DNA of 64,000 bases from an uncultured Eubacteriales bacterium (GTDB lineage Bacteria > Bacillota > Clostridia > Oscillospirales > CAG-272), in NCBI GenBank assembly GCA_934462825.1, contig CAKSIP010000003.1, positions 477 to 64,476 on the forward strand, read 5' to 3'. The notes beneath the pieces were generated by a model that had not been told where the DNA came from, did no database searches, and saw only the letters and a program-made list of their open reading frames with translations. Numbering within the stretch: the first letter of the stretch is position 1; every line of letters begins with the position of its first letter. Shown here piece by piece: positions 19,492 to 29,206 of the stretch. Made by a program: the position numbers and the translations under genes.

Positions 19492-21672
19492 TCAGTCGTC
19501 AAGATAATGGTTGATGGCGCTCTTGAGAAGCACCAAAACCTCGTTCATGGTGCGTCCGGTCACTTGCGCGCCGGCCGCGTCGAAATGTCCGCCGCCTCGC
19601 AGCTTTTCCAGAATCAGCTGGACGTTGATGGTGCCGGTCGAGCGGGCGGAAATGTGAATGGTTTCTCCGATTTTGACTAACGTGAAGGCCGCGCTGACCT
19701 GCCGCACGGTGATCAGGCGCTCCGCCGCCTTGGAGGCGGCCACGCGGTCGTACTTTTCATCGGTGCCGAGGCTGACGGCAATGGCCATGTTGTCTCGGTA
19801 GATGGTGACGTTTTCCGGCATGAAAAATTTCGCTTCCGCCAAATGCTCGGTAATATCGTCCTCAAAAAACAGCCGTGCTTTTTCGCTGGTAGCGCCGGCG
19901 CCGCGCAGGAAATAGGCGGCGGCAAACGTGCGCATGCCGGTGGAGCGCGTAAAGTTCATGGTGTCAAGCATAATGCCGGAGAGCATTACGTTGGCTTCTT
20001 CTTTCAAAAGAGAGCCTTCCGGCAGCTCGCTTTCAATCATTTCCGCAATCAGCTCGCTGGCGGAGGAAGCGGAGGGGATAATGTACTCCAAAAGCAACGG
20101 GCGGCTGAATTCTGAAACCTTTCGGTGGTGATCCACAACCACAAGATCGGCTACACTTTTGGCGACATCGGGCGATTCGATGATGTTGAAGTTGTTGGCG
20201 TCCACAACGATCAAAAGCGTGTCGGACGTGATCTGATCCAGCGCGGAGGCGCCGTTCAAAAACATATTTTTGTATTCCGGTAATTGGACGATTTCATTCG
20301 TGCAAGCAAGGAAGGTATCGCTTTCGGTGTCCACAATGATTCGCACATTGGTGTAAGGAGCGCCGACCGTCCGGGCAAAGCGCGCCATGCCGAGGCAGGC
20401 GCCGATGGAGTCGCAGTCGGGGTTCTTGTGTCCCATGACCATAATCCGGTTGTGAGAACGAATCAGCTCGGCGAGGAACTTGGCATTGACTCTGGCGTCA
20501 ATCATTTCTCGCTTCTGCGTGCTCTTGGAGCGGCCGCCGAAGATTTCAAAGCTTTCGGCGCGACGGATGACCACCTGATCGCCGCCGCGGCGCAGGGCCG
20601 TGTCCAGCGCAAGCTGGGCGTTGTGCTCCCGATCGGCAATGGTGGCGCCGACGCCGGAAATGCCCATGGAAACGGTGACCGACATGGAGCTGTCACCAAG
20701 CTCCTCGGCACGGATCATATCGAGAATGGGGAAGTTTTGCGCGATGGTTTCCTCCAGCTTTTCCTGGGAAAAGAGCATCATGTATTTGTCGCGGTCATAC
20801 TCGCACAAAATGCCGCCGAGATCTGCGCCCCACTGCTTGATGTGCATTTCAATGTTGTTGGCGGCTTGGCGGTAATTGATCCGCACATACTGCGCCAGCT
20901 CCTCTAAGTTGTCAAGCACGATGTAGGCAACGATGAGGTTGTCCTTGATCATGCGATCCTTCAGATCAAACAGCTCCGTGCATTCGTCAAATAACGTCAG
21001 GTTGTAGTTGCGAAGGCCGTCCTTGACGTTTTCGGCCGGAACCTTGACCGAATAGGCCTTGGCCAAAAAGCGGCGGTCGCCAATGCGGTATTCCACGCCG
21101 CCGCTGCCGTTGGCGGTGCGGCTTTCGGCCGTGTCGGCCGTGGTTGCCGAGACAGACGCTTCTTTTTTGCTTTTGTCTTCACCCTCGCCCTCGCCCTTTT
21201 CGGCCAGCGCACGGGCTTTGCCGATGCGATCCGCATCCGAGGGAGAACGTGTAGCGGCGCGGAGCGCTTCTACATCAAAGGGAAAGAATTTCCCGAGGTT
21301 TTTGCCGAACAGCGAGCTTCCGTCCGGCACCAACAGTTCACGCATCGCGGCGTTGTACCAGATCACCGTGCCGTCGTCATGCGTAATGACGGCCGGGATG
21401 TCCGATTGTTCAATCAGATCGGTCATGGCGGCTCCGTTGAGCGTGACCTCGTTCCGCATTTCGGTATATTGATGCAGCGTCAGCCGGCATTTGATGAGAA
21501 TGGCGGCGGAGGCCGCTATAAAAACAGCCAAAAGCGTCAGGCCGGAATATAGAGGCGGAACGGCGGAAATCGAGAGAAGAAGCTGGAGGGCGAGACAGAT
21601 CACGCCGGTCAGCAAGCAAATCCAAATCAGCATTTCAGGCTCCAGATGAAAGCCCTTTCGCTTGTTTTTCAT
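19492..21672 (-). CDS. gdpP: GdpP/YybT-type DHH-DHHA1 phosphodiesterase (probable c-di-AMP phosphodiesterase)
   Basis: Two N-terminal TM helices, PAS-like and degenerate GGDEF-like regions, the DHH motifs GHKNPDCDSIGA and VVVDHHR, and the DHHA1 motif GGGH. Sits in the conserved yybS-yybT-rplI-dnaB order. Confidence 0.85.
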   Translation of the reverse strand: MKNKRKGFHLEPEMLIWICLLTGVICLALQLLLSISAVPPLYSGLTLLAVFIAASAAILIKCRLTLHQYTEMRNEVTLNGAAMTDLIEQSDIPAVITHDDGTVIWYNAAMRELLVPDGSSLFGKNLGKFFPFDVEALRAATRSPSDADRIGKARALAEKGEGEGEDKSKKEASVSATTADTAESRTANGSGGVEYRIGDRRFLAKAYSVKVPAENVKDGLRNYNLTLFDECTELFDLKDRMIKDNLIVAYIVLDNLEELAQYVRINYRQAANNIEMHIKQWGADLGGILCEYDRDKYMMLFSQEKLEETIAQNFPILDMIRAEELGDSSMSVTVSMGISGVGATIADREHNAQLALDTALRRGGDQVVIRRAESFEIFGGRSKSTQKREMIDARVNAKFLAELIRSHNRIMVMGHKNPDCDSIGACLGMARFARTVGAPYTNVRIIVDTESDTFLACTNEIVQLPEYKNMFLNGASALDQITSDTLLIVVDANNFNIIESPDVAKSVADLVVVDHHRKVSEFSRPLLLEYIIPSASSASELIAEMIESELPEGSLLKEEANVMLSGIMLDTMNFTRSTGMRTFAAAYFLRGAGATSEKARLFFEDDITEHLAEAKFFMPENVTIYRDNMAIAVSLGTDEKYDRVAASKAAERLITVRQVSAAFTLVKIGETIHISARSTGTINVQLILEKLRGGGHFDAAGAQVTGRTMNEVLVLLKSAINHYLDD

Positions 21673-21735
21673 AAAAAGTCACACCTTTCTTTAGCGTTTG
21701 GAACAGGCAAAATGGTACGTTTGACGGTGAGGCAC

Positions 21736-22908
21736 TCAATTTCCTCCCCACTTGTCTTGCAGGTAGTTTCGCAAAGGGAACATCACCGAGGCATAGGCGC
21801 CGAGGCAGGCGGCCAGGGTGACGGCAAGGGAAACATTGAAAAAAGCCAAAATGACGAGAAGAAGGAAGAACCATGTCCCGGTGCCCCGGCGGTTGTCGTC
21901 CGACAGACGACCGGAAAGCCATGCAAAGCACATGATTACAAGGCCGGGGAGAAGAATCCAATACAGGTTGGTGCAGACGGTAAAAGCGGCCGCCGTGCTG
22001 TAAGAATTGCCGATGATGGACATGATGATAAAGGACAAAAGAAAAGTAACGCCCGAAAAAGGGCTGACAAAAAAGCGCTCCATTTTTTCGGTGATATAGG
22101 ACTTTCCGCCCGAACGACGGATCATGAGAAAGTGGATCTTCTGTGCGAAGAAGGAGGCGGTATTGCTCAAAAAGACAAGAATGGCAGGCGTCAGGGCGAT
22201 GATTTGCGCCGAGATGGTTTCGGCCTGATCGGACGAGAAAAACGGCTCGGAGCTTCCGTTTACCAAGGAAACGTCCAGCGAAGCAAAGACCTTGGCGAGA
22301 CTTTGACGAAGATTGTCAAAGAAGTTGCGGAAATAGTCCAGATTGCACTCTCCCGTGAAATAAAGCATCGAAAGGAAAGCGGCTATCAGTAAAAAGCCGA
22401 TAAACGCCGTGCTCGTGACGCACAGCGCGCCAACGCGGGACGTTTCCGCCGCCAGCGCATAGGCTAACAGCAGGGCGGGGATCAGCAGGGAAAGCGTGAG
22501 CAGCGAGCCGAACCAGCTTCGCGTGACCACGGTGGAGATGGCGTAGGACAATACGGGGATAATCGCAAGATACGGAGACGCCGTATAGTTGATCAGCCAG
22601 GCAAAAGCCCCGGTGCCGACGGTGAAGATCAGGCAGAGCGCGATCATCGGCATGCCCGACGAAAGGCCGAACATTCCGCCGAGAAAAACCAAAATCAGCA
22701 ACGTGGGGATCTTTTTCTCGGAAAAAATCAGAAGGAACAAAGCACAGAGAACGGCCGCGATAATGTCCACAAACAAGTACATAATAAAGGGAATGGCCAG
22801 CGTGCAGGCAAAGACCACCAGCACGGCAAAAGCTACGGCACCCCGCGACCGCTTGAGCAAGTCATTGCTGGCGATGGGGGCAAAAATACCGCCTCCCGTT
22901 TCACTCAT
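21736..22908 (-). CDS. YybS-like polytopic membrane protein (DUF2232-type)
   Basis: Highly hydrophobic multi-TM protein immediately upstream of gdpP, as in Bacillus yybS-yybT. Start set at MSETGGG with GGAGG 9 nt upstream. Confidence 0.6.
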   Translation of the reverse strand: MSETGGGIFAPIASNDLLKRSRGAVAFAVLVVFACTLAIPFIMYLFVDIIAAVLCALFLLIFSEKKIPTLLILVFLGGMFGLSSGMPMIALCLIFTVGTGAFAWLINYTASPYLAIIPVLSYAISTVVTRSWFGSLLTLSLLIPALLLAYALAAETSRVGALCVTSTAFIGFLLIAAFLSMLYFTGECNLDYFRNFFDNLRQSLAKVFASLDVSLVNGSSEPFFSSDQAETISAQIIALTPAILVFLSNTASFFAQKIHFLMIRRSGGKSYITEKMERFFVSPFSGVTFLLSFIIMSIIGNSYSTAAAFTVCTNLYWILLPGLVIMCFAWLSGRLSDDNRRGTGTWFFLLLVILAFFNVSLAVTLAACLGAYASVMFPLRNYLQDKWGGN

Positions 22909-22970
22909 GTGTTTCGCCTCCTTTCCGATTTTTTGTCCCATCAGGGCAAATTTCAATTATTCATTATAAT

Positions 22971-22999
22971 AGTATAGCATATTTCCCCTCGCTTGTAAA
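22971..22999 (-). promoter_or_regulatory. Sigma-A-type promoter for the yybS-gdpP-rplI-dnaB unit
   Basis: On the minus strand: TTTACA, a 17-nt spacer, then TGcTATACT. Confidence 0.5.
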
Positions 23000-23112
23000 C
23001 ATTTTTTCTGTGTAGATTGGCTGAAAATTGCATGTTTTTTTTCGCAAATCTTTTTCGGAACAGGTAAAAAAGAAAAAAGAATTGAAAAAAACGAAAAAAA
23101 TCACAAAAACTC

Positions 23113-23141
23113 TTGCAAATCGAAATAAAGTGTGGTATAAT
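23113..23141 (+). promoter_or_regulatory. Sigma-A-type promoter of the rimP-nusA-infB operon
   Basis: TTGCAA, a 17-nt spacer, then TGgTATAAT (extended -10 with a perfect TATAAT). Confidence 0.65.
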
Positions 23142-23160
23142 CAGTTGAAACTATGATGAG

Positions 23161-23189
23161 GGAGCGGGCGTAAGTCCGCTCCTAATTTT
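23161..23189 (+). promoter_or_regulatory. Terminator-like hairpin in the rimP-nusA leader (candidate attenuator)
   Basis: ggagcgg-gcgtaagt-ccgctcc followed by taatttt. It lies about 20 nt downstream of the predicted -10 and about 170 nt upstream of the rimP start. Confidence 0.4.
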
Positions 23190-23358
23190 GACGCACACAA
23201 AATTTTTGCTCCCCGGAAGGGAGCTGCAGAACGTGCGACGGTGGCGAAAGAGCGAAACAAATCGCAAGTGGCAAAGTGGCAAAGGGCCAATTGCAAACCG
23301 TAAATCGAAAAAAAGGAAGGCGGCCGGAGCCGCCGGAAGGGAAAGGAGAAAGTGGAAA

Positions 23359-23874
23359 GTGGCAAAAACAGCAGCAGAAGCAGAAAAAAATCGTCGTTCG
23401 GGCGGTAAATCCGGCGGCGTGGCCGCTACCGTGCGCGCTTGGATTGAGCCGACGGTGGCATCGCTCGGCTACTCTCTTTGGGACGTGGAGTTTGTCAAAG
23501 AGGGCGTAAGGCAGATCCTTCGCGTGACAATCGACTCCGAAAGCGGTGTTACGATTGAGGACTGCGAAAAAGTGCATCGCGCCATTGATCCGATTCTGGA
23601 TGAAGCCGATCCCATTGAAACCCAATATTATTTGGAGGTCAGCTCCCCCGGCGTGGAGCGGGAGCTGAAAAACGCCGACCACCTGGCGGCCTGCGAGGGC
23701 CTTGCCGTGGAGGTGCGATTGTATGCCCCCGTGGAGGGAAGCAAGGTGTTCCGCGGAACCCTTGGCGAATGCCCCGCCGGGCAGATTGTGATTTTTTGCG
23801 ACGGCAAGGAGAGACGCTTTGACGCGTCGGCAGTGGCAAAAATTCATACCGTATATGATTTTGACGCGGACTGA
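23359..23874 (+). CDS. rimP: Ribosome maturation factor RimP
   Basis: WIEPTVASLGYSLWDVEFVKEG...LRVTID is typical of RimP. An in-frame GTG at 23359 lies 8 nt after AAGGAGAA. The longer tracked ORF (from 23188) adds only a basic, low-complexity segment. Confidence 0.8.
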   Translation: MAKTAAEAEKNRRSGGKSGGVAATVRAWIEPTVASLGYSLWDVEFVKEGVRQILRVTIDSESGVTIEDCEKVHRAIDPILDEADPIETQYYLEVSSPGVERELKNADHLAACEGLAVEVRLYAPVEGSKVFRGTLGECPAGQIVIFCDGKERRFDASAVAKIHTVYDFDAD

Positions 23875-23910
23875 GGCGTTCCGTGAGAGAATTTTGAAAG
23901 GATATTCATT

Positions 23911-24939
23911 ATGAACAAGGAGTTTTTCGCAGCGCTTGAACTGCTGGCCAAGGAGAAAGGCATTCCTGCCGAATATATGCTGGAAAAGGTGGAGGCCGCT
24001 CTCGTTTCCGCGTATAAAAAAGAATACGGAAACAATACCAATGTCCGCGTGGCCATTGATCCCGTCAAGGAGGACATTCGGGTGTACCAGCAAAAGACCG
24101 TGGTGGAGGAAGTGGAAAATCCACAGATCGAAATTTCGCTGGACGATGCGAAAAAACTCAGCAAGCGGTATGCCGTTGGCAAGATTGTGGAAACGGAGGT
24201 CAAGCCGAAAAGCTTTCGCCGTTTGAGCGCCATGCAGGCAAAATCCGTCATTATTCAGGCGATTCGTGAGGCCGAGCGCCGGGTAGCGCAGGAGGCCTAC
24301 GAAAGCAAGCGCGAGGAGATTATTACCGCCACGGTGGTTCGGATTGATCCCCTCAACGGAAATGTCATTCTCGATACCGGAACGGGACGCAATGCCGTTT
24401 TGCTCCGCTCCGAGCAAATCCCCGGCGAAACCTTTACCGTAGATGAAAAGGTCAAGGTTTTTGTTACCGAGGTCAATAAAGAAGCCAAAGGCCCCCTGGT
24501 TACGCTGTCCCGCGTCCACCCCGGCCTTGTCCGTCGTATGTTTGAATTGGAGGTTCCCGAAATTCAGGACGGCGTGGTGCTGGTCAAGGGCGTGTCCCGC
24601 GAGGCCGGCTCCCGGACAAAAATTGCCGTATGCTCCCGCGATCCCGATGTGGATCCCGTGGGCGCTTGTATCGGAAACCACGGTATGCGTATTTCCGCTA
24701 TCGTGGACGAGTTGCGCGGCGAGAAAATTGATATTATCAAATACAGCGAGACGCCGGAGGAATACATTGCCTCGGCCTTGGCGCCCGCTACTGTCAAACG
24801 CGTTATCATGACAGGGGAGCGCGCCTGCCTTGTCAATGTGGACGCCGACCAGCTCTCGCTTGCCATCGGCAAGGAGGGGCAGAACGCCCGCTTGGCCGCT
24901 CGCCTGACCGGCTACAAAATCGACATTAAAGCCGAATAA
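23911..24939 (+). CDS. nusA: Transcription termination/antitermination factor NusA
   Basis: 342 aa with N-terminal NusA domain, S1 and two KH regions (e.g. GACIGNHGMRI, AIGKEGQNARLA). Confidence 0.95.
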   Translation: MNKEFFAALELLAKEKGIPAEYMLEKVEAALVSAYKKEYGNNTNVRVAIDPVKEDIRVYQQKTVVEEVENPQIEISLDDAKKLSKRYAVGKIVETEVKPKSFRRLSAMQAKSVIIQAIREAERRVAQEAYESKREEIITATVVRIDPLNGNVILDTGTGRNAVLLRSEQIPGETFTVDEKVKVFVTEVNKEAKGPLVTLSRVHPGLVRRMFELEVPEIQDGVVLVKGVSREAGSRTKIAVCSRDPDVDPVGACIGNHGMRISAIVDELRGEKIDIIKYSETPEEYIASALAPATVKRVIMTGERACLVNVDADQLSLAIGKEGQNARLAARLTGYKIDIKAE

Positions 24940-24986
24940 TCGCGTCGATCCGAACATTCCGAAGGAGGACGGGAGGGAAACCTACA

Positions 24987-25280
24987 ATGAAAAACAAAAA
25001 TGAAGCCCCGAAACAAAAGAAAATGCCCGTCCGTCAGTGCCTCGGATGCGGCGAACATAAACTGAAAAGCGAATTGATTCGCGTGGTCAGAGATCCGCAG
25101 GGAGAAATTTCGCTGGACTTGCGCGGGAAGAAGTCGGGACGGGGCGCCTATGTGTGCCACGACGTCCGGTGTTTGAATAAGGCGCGCAAGAGCAAGCGGA
25201 TTGAGCGAGCGCTAGATTGCACAATCCCCGAAGAAATTTACGATCGTATGATCGAGGAGCTTTCGGAGGACGAAGCATGA
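24987..25280 (+). CDS. ylxR: YlxR/RnpM-family RNA-binding protein (DUF448)
   Basis: RQCLGCGEHKLKSELIRVV...GRGAYVC. 97 aa, in the conserved position after nusA. Confidence 0.85.
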   Translation: MKNKNEAPKQKKMPVRQCLGCGEHKLKSELIRVVRDPQGEISLDLRGKKSGRGAYVCHDVRCLNKARKSKRIERALDCTIPEEIYDRMIEELSEDEA

Positions 25281-25687
25281 CGGCCAACAATGACAAGCTG
25301 CTTTTTGCCCTTGGCTTGTGCCGCCGTTCCGGCGCTTTGACGTGCGGAACGCCGCTGATTTGCACGGCTCTGCGTCAAAAGGGCAAGGAAAAACCTCTTT
25401 TGGTGCTGGTGGCCTCCGACGCATCGGAAGCTACGCGGAAAAAGCTCACAGATAAGTGCGCTTTTTACGAGGTGCCGCTTTGGCCGCTTGCGTTTTCGGG
25501 AGAAACGCTGGCGTCCGCCGTCGGAAAAAAAGGCATGCTGGCCGCCGTGGCGATTGCCGGAGAGAATCCGGCGGCGCTGGTTCGCAAGCACTACGGCAAG
25601 GATGCCGATGCATCGGTGCCGGAAAACAAGGCCGAGCAGGGGCAACCGAGCCGGAAAAATGCGGATTCCGCGTCCGCTGAGGAATAA
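25277..25687 (+). CDS. L7Ae-family RNA-binding protein (YlxQ-like) with a C-terminal extension
   Basis: The start ATG overlaps the ylxR stop (ATGA). LGLCRRSGALTCG is typical of this family. About 35 extra C-terminal residues compared with the short YlxQ form as I remember it. Confidence 0.7.
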   Translation: MTANNDKLLFALGLCRRSGALTCGTPLICTALRQKGKEKPLLVLVASDASEATRKKLTDKCAFYEVPLWPLAFSGETLASAVGKKGMLAAVAIAGENPAALVRKHYGKDADASVPENKAEQGQPSRKNADSASAEE

Positions 25688-25766
25688 TTTGTATAAACAA
25701 TACTAAACATATCTTATCAAGGGAAAGGATGCTTCGCTTATCTCTTCAACGAAGCAAGGAGTGAAT

Positions 25767-28730
25767 ATGGCGCTTACCCAAAATTTTAAAGTCAATCAAT
25801 TGTCCAAGGATCTTGGCCTGAAAAGCAAGGATTTGGTGGAGCTGCTTGCGTCCCACGGGGTGGAAGTGCGCTCGCAGTCTGCTTTGGAGCCGGATCAGTT
25901 TGGTCTTTTGTTGCACACACTGACAAAGGAATATCAGATTTCGGGCATCGAGGATTATTTGGACGGTGTTACGGTCATTCCGTCGAAGAAGAAAGCGGAG
26001 GCTCCGAAAGCCGAAGCTCCGAAGACGGAGGCTCCGAAAACCGAAGCACCGAAAGCCGAGGCTCCGAAGGCGGAGGCTCCGAAGGCAGAAGCACCGAAGA
26101 CGGAGGCACCGAAGGCGGAGGCTTCTAAGCCCGTGGACACCGCCAAGGCTCCGGCGAAGGAACCCGTGACGCCCAAAGCAGAGAAGGCCGAGGCGCCCGC
26201 CGCATCTGTAGCGGCGGAAAAAGCAACGCCTGCCGAAAAGCCGTCTGCTCCGGATTCGTCGGCCGAAACCGAGAAGCCTTCTGCCGAAAGCGTATCGGCG
26301 CATACCGCGGCCAAGCCGACCGCGCCTGCGGCCTCCACGCGCCCGCAGGGGGATCGCCCGCAGAGAGACTTTCGCTCCCAGGGGGATCGTCGGGATTCTT
26401 ATGCTCCTTCCAACCATTCTGCTCCCTATAACGCAAACCGTCCTGCCTCGCCGGAGAAGAGAACGGCCTATGATGGCAGCGGCAATAATAATAATGGTAA
26501 CAATCATTCGGGCTTTGCCCCCCGCGGGGATCGTCCGCAGAGAGATTTTCGCGCCCCCGGCTCGGATCGCTTTGCCCCGAATACCGGTGCTCGCCCGACA
26601 GACAACCGTCGCCCCTTCGGGCAGAACGATCGCCCGCAGCGCAGCGGAAATACGTTCGGCGGCTTCCGTGATAAGGACGATGGCAACGCACGCGTTCCGA
26701 GAGAGCAGTTCCGCCCGCAGGCTATCGTGCGCGCCCAAACACCCAAGGGCGGCGATCCGAACGCCAAGCAGCGCGGCGCTACCCGTGTGGTAGATACCCG
26801 TACCAGCAATGTCGATCTTTCCAAATACGACGAGAGATTGGACAATTTTGTGCCCGATGCGGTCAAGGATGTCCGCGGCGGCAACCAAAAGGTGAAAAAG
26901 CAGCCCGGCAGTATGCGCGAGGGACAGAACAACCGTGCAGGAAACAACCGGAATTTCAAAAAGGCGGAGCCGGTGAAAAAGCAACCGCTGAACATTACCA
27001 TCCCCGATGAAATCACAGTGCGCGAGCTGGCAATTCGTCTGAAAGTGACGGCCGGCGAGGTCGTTAAGCGCCTGATGCTGATGGGTATGATGGTAAACGT
27101 CAACCAATCCATTGATTTCGACACGGCGTACCTGATTGCTGATGAGATGGGGGCTGTCGCAACCCGCGAGGTCGTTGTGACCATCGAAGAAAAGCTGTTT
27201 GACGAGAAAGAGGATTCGGCAGACGTTCTTAAGGAACGCGCTCCCGTTGTTTGCGTCATGGGACACGTTGACCACGGAAAGACCTCTCTGCTGGACGCTA
27301 TCCGCCATACGCACGTGACCTCCGGCGAGGCCGGCGGTATCACGCAGCATATCGGCGCCTACCGCGTCAAGATCAACGGCCGCGATATTACGTTCCTGGA
27401 TACCCCCGGACATGAGGCGTTTACCGCCATGCGGGCCAGAGGGGCACAGGCCACCGATATTGCCATCCTCGTCGTGGCAGCCGATGACGGCATTATGCCG
27501 CAAACCATCGAAGCGATCAACCACGCAAAAGCAGCCGGTATTGATATTATTGTAGCAATCAACAAAATGGATAAACCCGCCGCCAACCCCGACGCCATTA
27601 AGCAGGAGCTTACCAAGTACGACCTTGTGCCCGAAGAATGGGGCGGCGACGTGATGTGCGTTCCCGTTTCGGCACTGACCGGCAAGGGTATTGACGACCT
27701 TTTGGAAAGCGTTTTGCTGGTGGCGGATGTCAAGGAGCTGAAAGCCAACCCCGACCGCCGCGCCAAGGGTATCGTTATCGAGGCAAGGCTGGATAAAGGC
27801 CGCGGCCCCGTGGCAACGGTGCTGGTGCAAAACGGTACGCTCCATTCGGGCGACATTATTATTGCCGGAACCGCCGTCGGTCGCGTCCGCGCTATGACCG
27901 ATGATACCGGCCGTACCATTAAGGCCGCCGGCCCCTCCGTGCCCGTGGAAATCACAGGACTTGCCGAGGTGCCGCTGTCCGGCGACGAGTTCGGCGCCGT
28001 GGAAGATGAGAGAATGGCACGCACCCTGGCCGACCAGCGCCGCGCTACCGCCAAGGAAGCGGAATTTAAGGCCAATGCAAGAGCCAGCCTGAACGATTTG
28101 TTCAATCAGATTTCCGAGGGCGTCAAGAACCTGAACATCATCGTAAAAGCGGACGTGGGCGGATCGGCCGAGGCCGTCAAGGCTTCGCTGGAAAAGCTGT
28201 CCAATGAAGAAGTCAAAGTCAAGGTCATCCACTCGGCGGCCGGCGCCATTAACGAAGGGGACGTCATGCTCGCTTCGGCTTCCAACGCCATCATCGTCGG
28301 CTTCAACGTGCGCCCGGATAAGGCCGCTTCGGATTCGGCCGAGCGCCAGGAGGTGGAAATCCGCACATACCGCGTAATTTACGACTGCATTGAGGAAATC
28401 ACCGCCGCTATGAAGGGTATGCTGGCGCCGAAGTACACCGAGTCGATTCAGGGACATGCCGAAGTCCGTCAGCTGATTCGCGTGCCGAATGTCGGCATGA
28501 TCGCCGGATCCTACGTGCAGGACGGCAAGGTGGCCCGCAACAACCAGGTGCGTGTGCTGCGTGACGGCATTGTGGTGTTTGAGGATAAGATCGCCTCTCT
28601 GCGCCGCTTTAAGGACGACGTGCGCGAGGTAGCCGCAGGCTACGAGTGCGGTATCGGCCTGGAACGCTTCAACGACATGAAACCCGGCGATATTTTGGAG
28701 TTCTATACCATGGTAGAAGTGGAACGGTAA
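25767..28730 (+). CDS. infB: Translation initiation factor IF-2
   Basis: G-domain motifs [20 protein letters not shown] and NKMD. The long N-terminal region is low-complexity. ATG at 25767 lies 5 nt after AAGGAG (the tracked ORF starts at the GTG at 25761). Confidence 0.95.
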   Translation: MALTQNFKVNQLSKDLGLKSKDLVELLASHGVEVRSQSALEPDQFGLLLHTLTKEYQISGIEDYLDGVTVIPSKKKAEAPKAEAPKTEAPKTEAPKAEAPKAEAPKAEAPKTEAPKAEASKPVDTAKAPAKEPVTPKAEKAEAPAASVAAEKATPAEKPSAPDSSAETEKPSAESVSAHTAAKPTAPAASTRPQGDRPQRDFRSQGDRRDSYAPSNHSAPYNANRPASPEKRTAYDGSGNNNNGNNHSGFAPRGDRPQRDFRAPGSDRFAPNTGARPTDNRRPFGQNDRPQRSGNTFGGFRDKDDGNARVPREQFRPQAIVRAQTPKGGDPNAKQRGATRVVDTRTSNVDLSKYDERLDNFVPDAVKDVRGGNQKVKKQPGSMREGQNNRAGNNRNFKKAEPVKKQPLNITIPDEITVRELAIRLKVTAGEVVKRLMLMGMMVNVNQSIDFDTAYLIADEMGAVATREVVVTIEEKLFDEKEDSADVLKERAPVVCVMGHVDHGKTSLLDAIRHTHVTSGEAGGITQHIGAYRVKINGRDITFLDTPGHEAFTAMRARGAQATDIAILVVAADDGIMPQTIEAINHAKAAGIDIIVAINKMDKPAANPDAIKQELTKYDLVPEEWGGDVMCVPVSALTGKGIDDLLESVLLVADVKELKANPDRRAKGIVIEARLDKGRGPVATVLVQNGTLHSGDIIIAGTAVGRVRAMTDDTGRTIKAAGPSVPVEITGLAEVPLSGDEFGAVEDERMARTLADQRRATAKEAEFKANARASLNDLFNQISEGVKNLNIIVKADVGGSAEAVKASLEKLSNEEVKVKVIHSAAGAINEGDVMLASASNAIIVGFNVRPDKAASDSAERQEVEIRTYRVIYDCIEEITAAMKGMLAPKYTESIQGHAEVRQLIRVPNVGMIAGSYVQDGKVARNNQVRVLRDGIVVFEDKIASLRRFKDDVREVAAGYECGIGLERFNDMKPGDILEFYTMVEVER
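25995..26129 (+). repeat. 15-bp in-frame tandem repeat, nine units, inside infB
   Basis: Encodes (A/T)EAPK nine times: [45 protein letters not shown]. Confidence 0.9.
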
Positions 28731-28746
28731 ATCGCCGATAAAGTAA

Positions 28747-28786
28747 GGGCGTGTGAAAAAGCTCATTCTGAGTTTTTCGCACGCCC
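28747..28786. repeat. Palindromic A-run/T-run element, variant copy g (3' of infB)
   Basis: gggcgtgtgaaaaagctca-ttc-tgagtttttcgcacgccc, an imperfect GTGAAAAA / TTTTTCGCAC variant 17 nt after the infB stop. Confidence 0.7.
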
Positions 28787-28934
28787 GATTGCTTTTGCCC
28801 TTTGCCGCAACTCTGCGGCAAAGCTGCGGCAAAGCGCCTCCGCTCTGCTGCAACAGAAAAACGAAAAACAAAGCACGGAAGATAACCCGCCAAGGATCGC
28901 GTCCGGTGGCCGAAATCCCGACCGACATGCTTGA

Positions 28935-28974
28935 GGGGCTGTGAAAAACATCGCGTTTTTTCACAGCCCCTTTT
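28935..28974. repeat. Palindromic A-run/T-run element, variant copy h, followed by a T-run
   Basis: ggggctgtgaaaaa-catcgcg-tttttcacagcccc, then tttt. Confidence 0.75.
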
Positions 28975-29112
28975 CCTGCGCTTTCGGATGCCGAAAAAGC
29001 GTAAACGCCCAAGTGCCGAAAAGAAGCATTTTTCTATAGTTAATGTGCATAAAATATGAACGAAAAGTGTGTGCATTTTGTGAAAACATTGTGCAGGACG
29101 TGAAGTAGTATA

Positions 29113-29141
29113 TTGACAAATAAGCAATGGTGTGCTACAAT
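29113..29141 (+). promoter_or_regulatory. Sigma-A-type promoter upstream of the CBM9-like lipoprotein gene
   Basis: TTGACA, a 17-nt spacer, then TGcTACAAT. Confidence 0.55.
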
Positions 29142-29206
29142 AACGCTGTGTCAACGGATTGTTCAATAACAATCGACAAAAAATACACATACAAAGGAGA
29201 AATATC

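Noticed and set aside
19492-21672. Possible novelty in the Gly/Glu/Ser-rich insertion of GdpP (SPSDADRIGKARALAEKGEGEGEDKSKKEASVSATTADTAESRTANGSGG)
   Set aside because: It is a linker-like low-complexity insertion between recognisable domains. Such insertions are common and nothing in the sequence indicates a function.
25746-29012. 1088-aa minus-strand ORF covering all of infB
   Set aside because: It is antisense to a gene with unmistakable IF-2 G-domain motifs. Its translation is Arg/Gly/Leu/His-rich with repeats that mirror the infB minisatellite. The open antisense frame is explained by the sense strand avoiding TTA, CTA and TCA codons.
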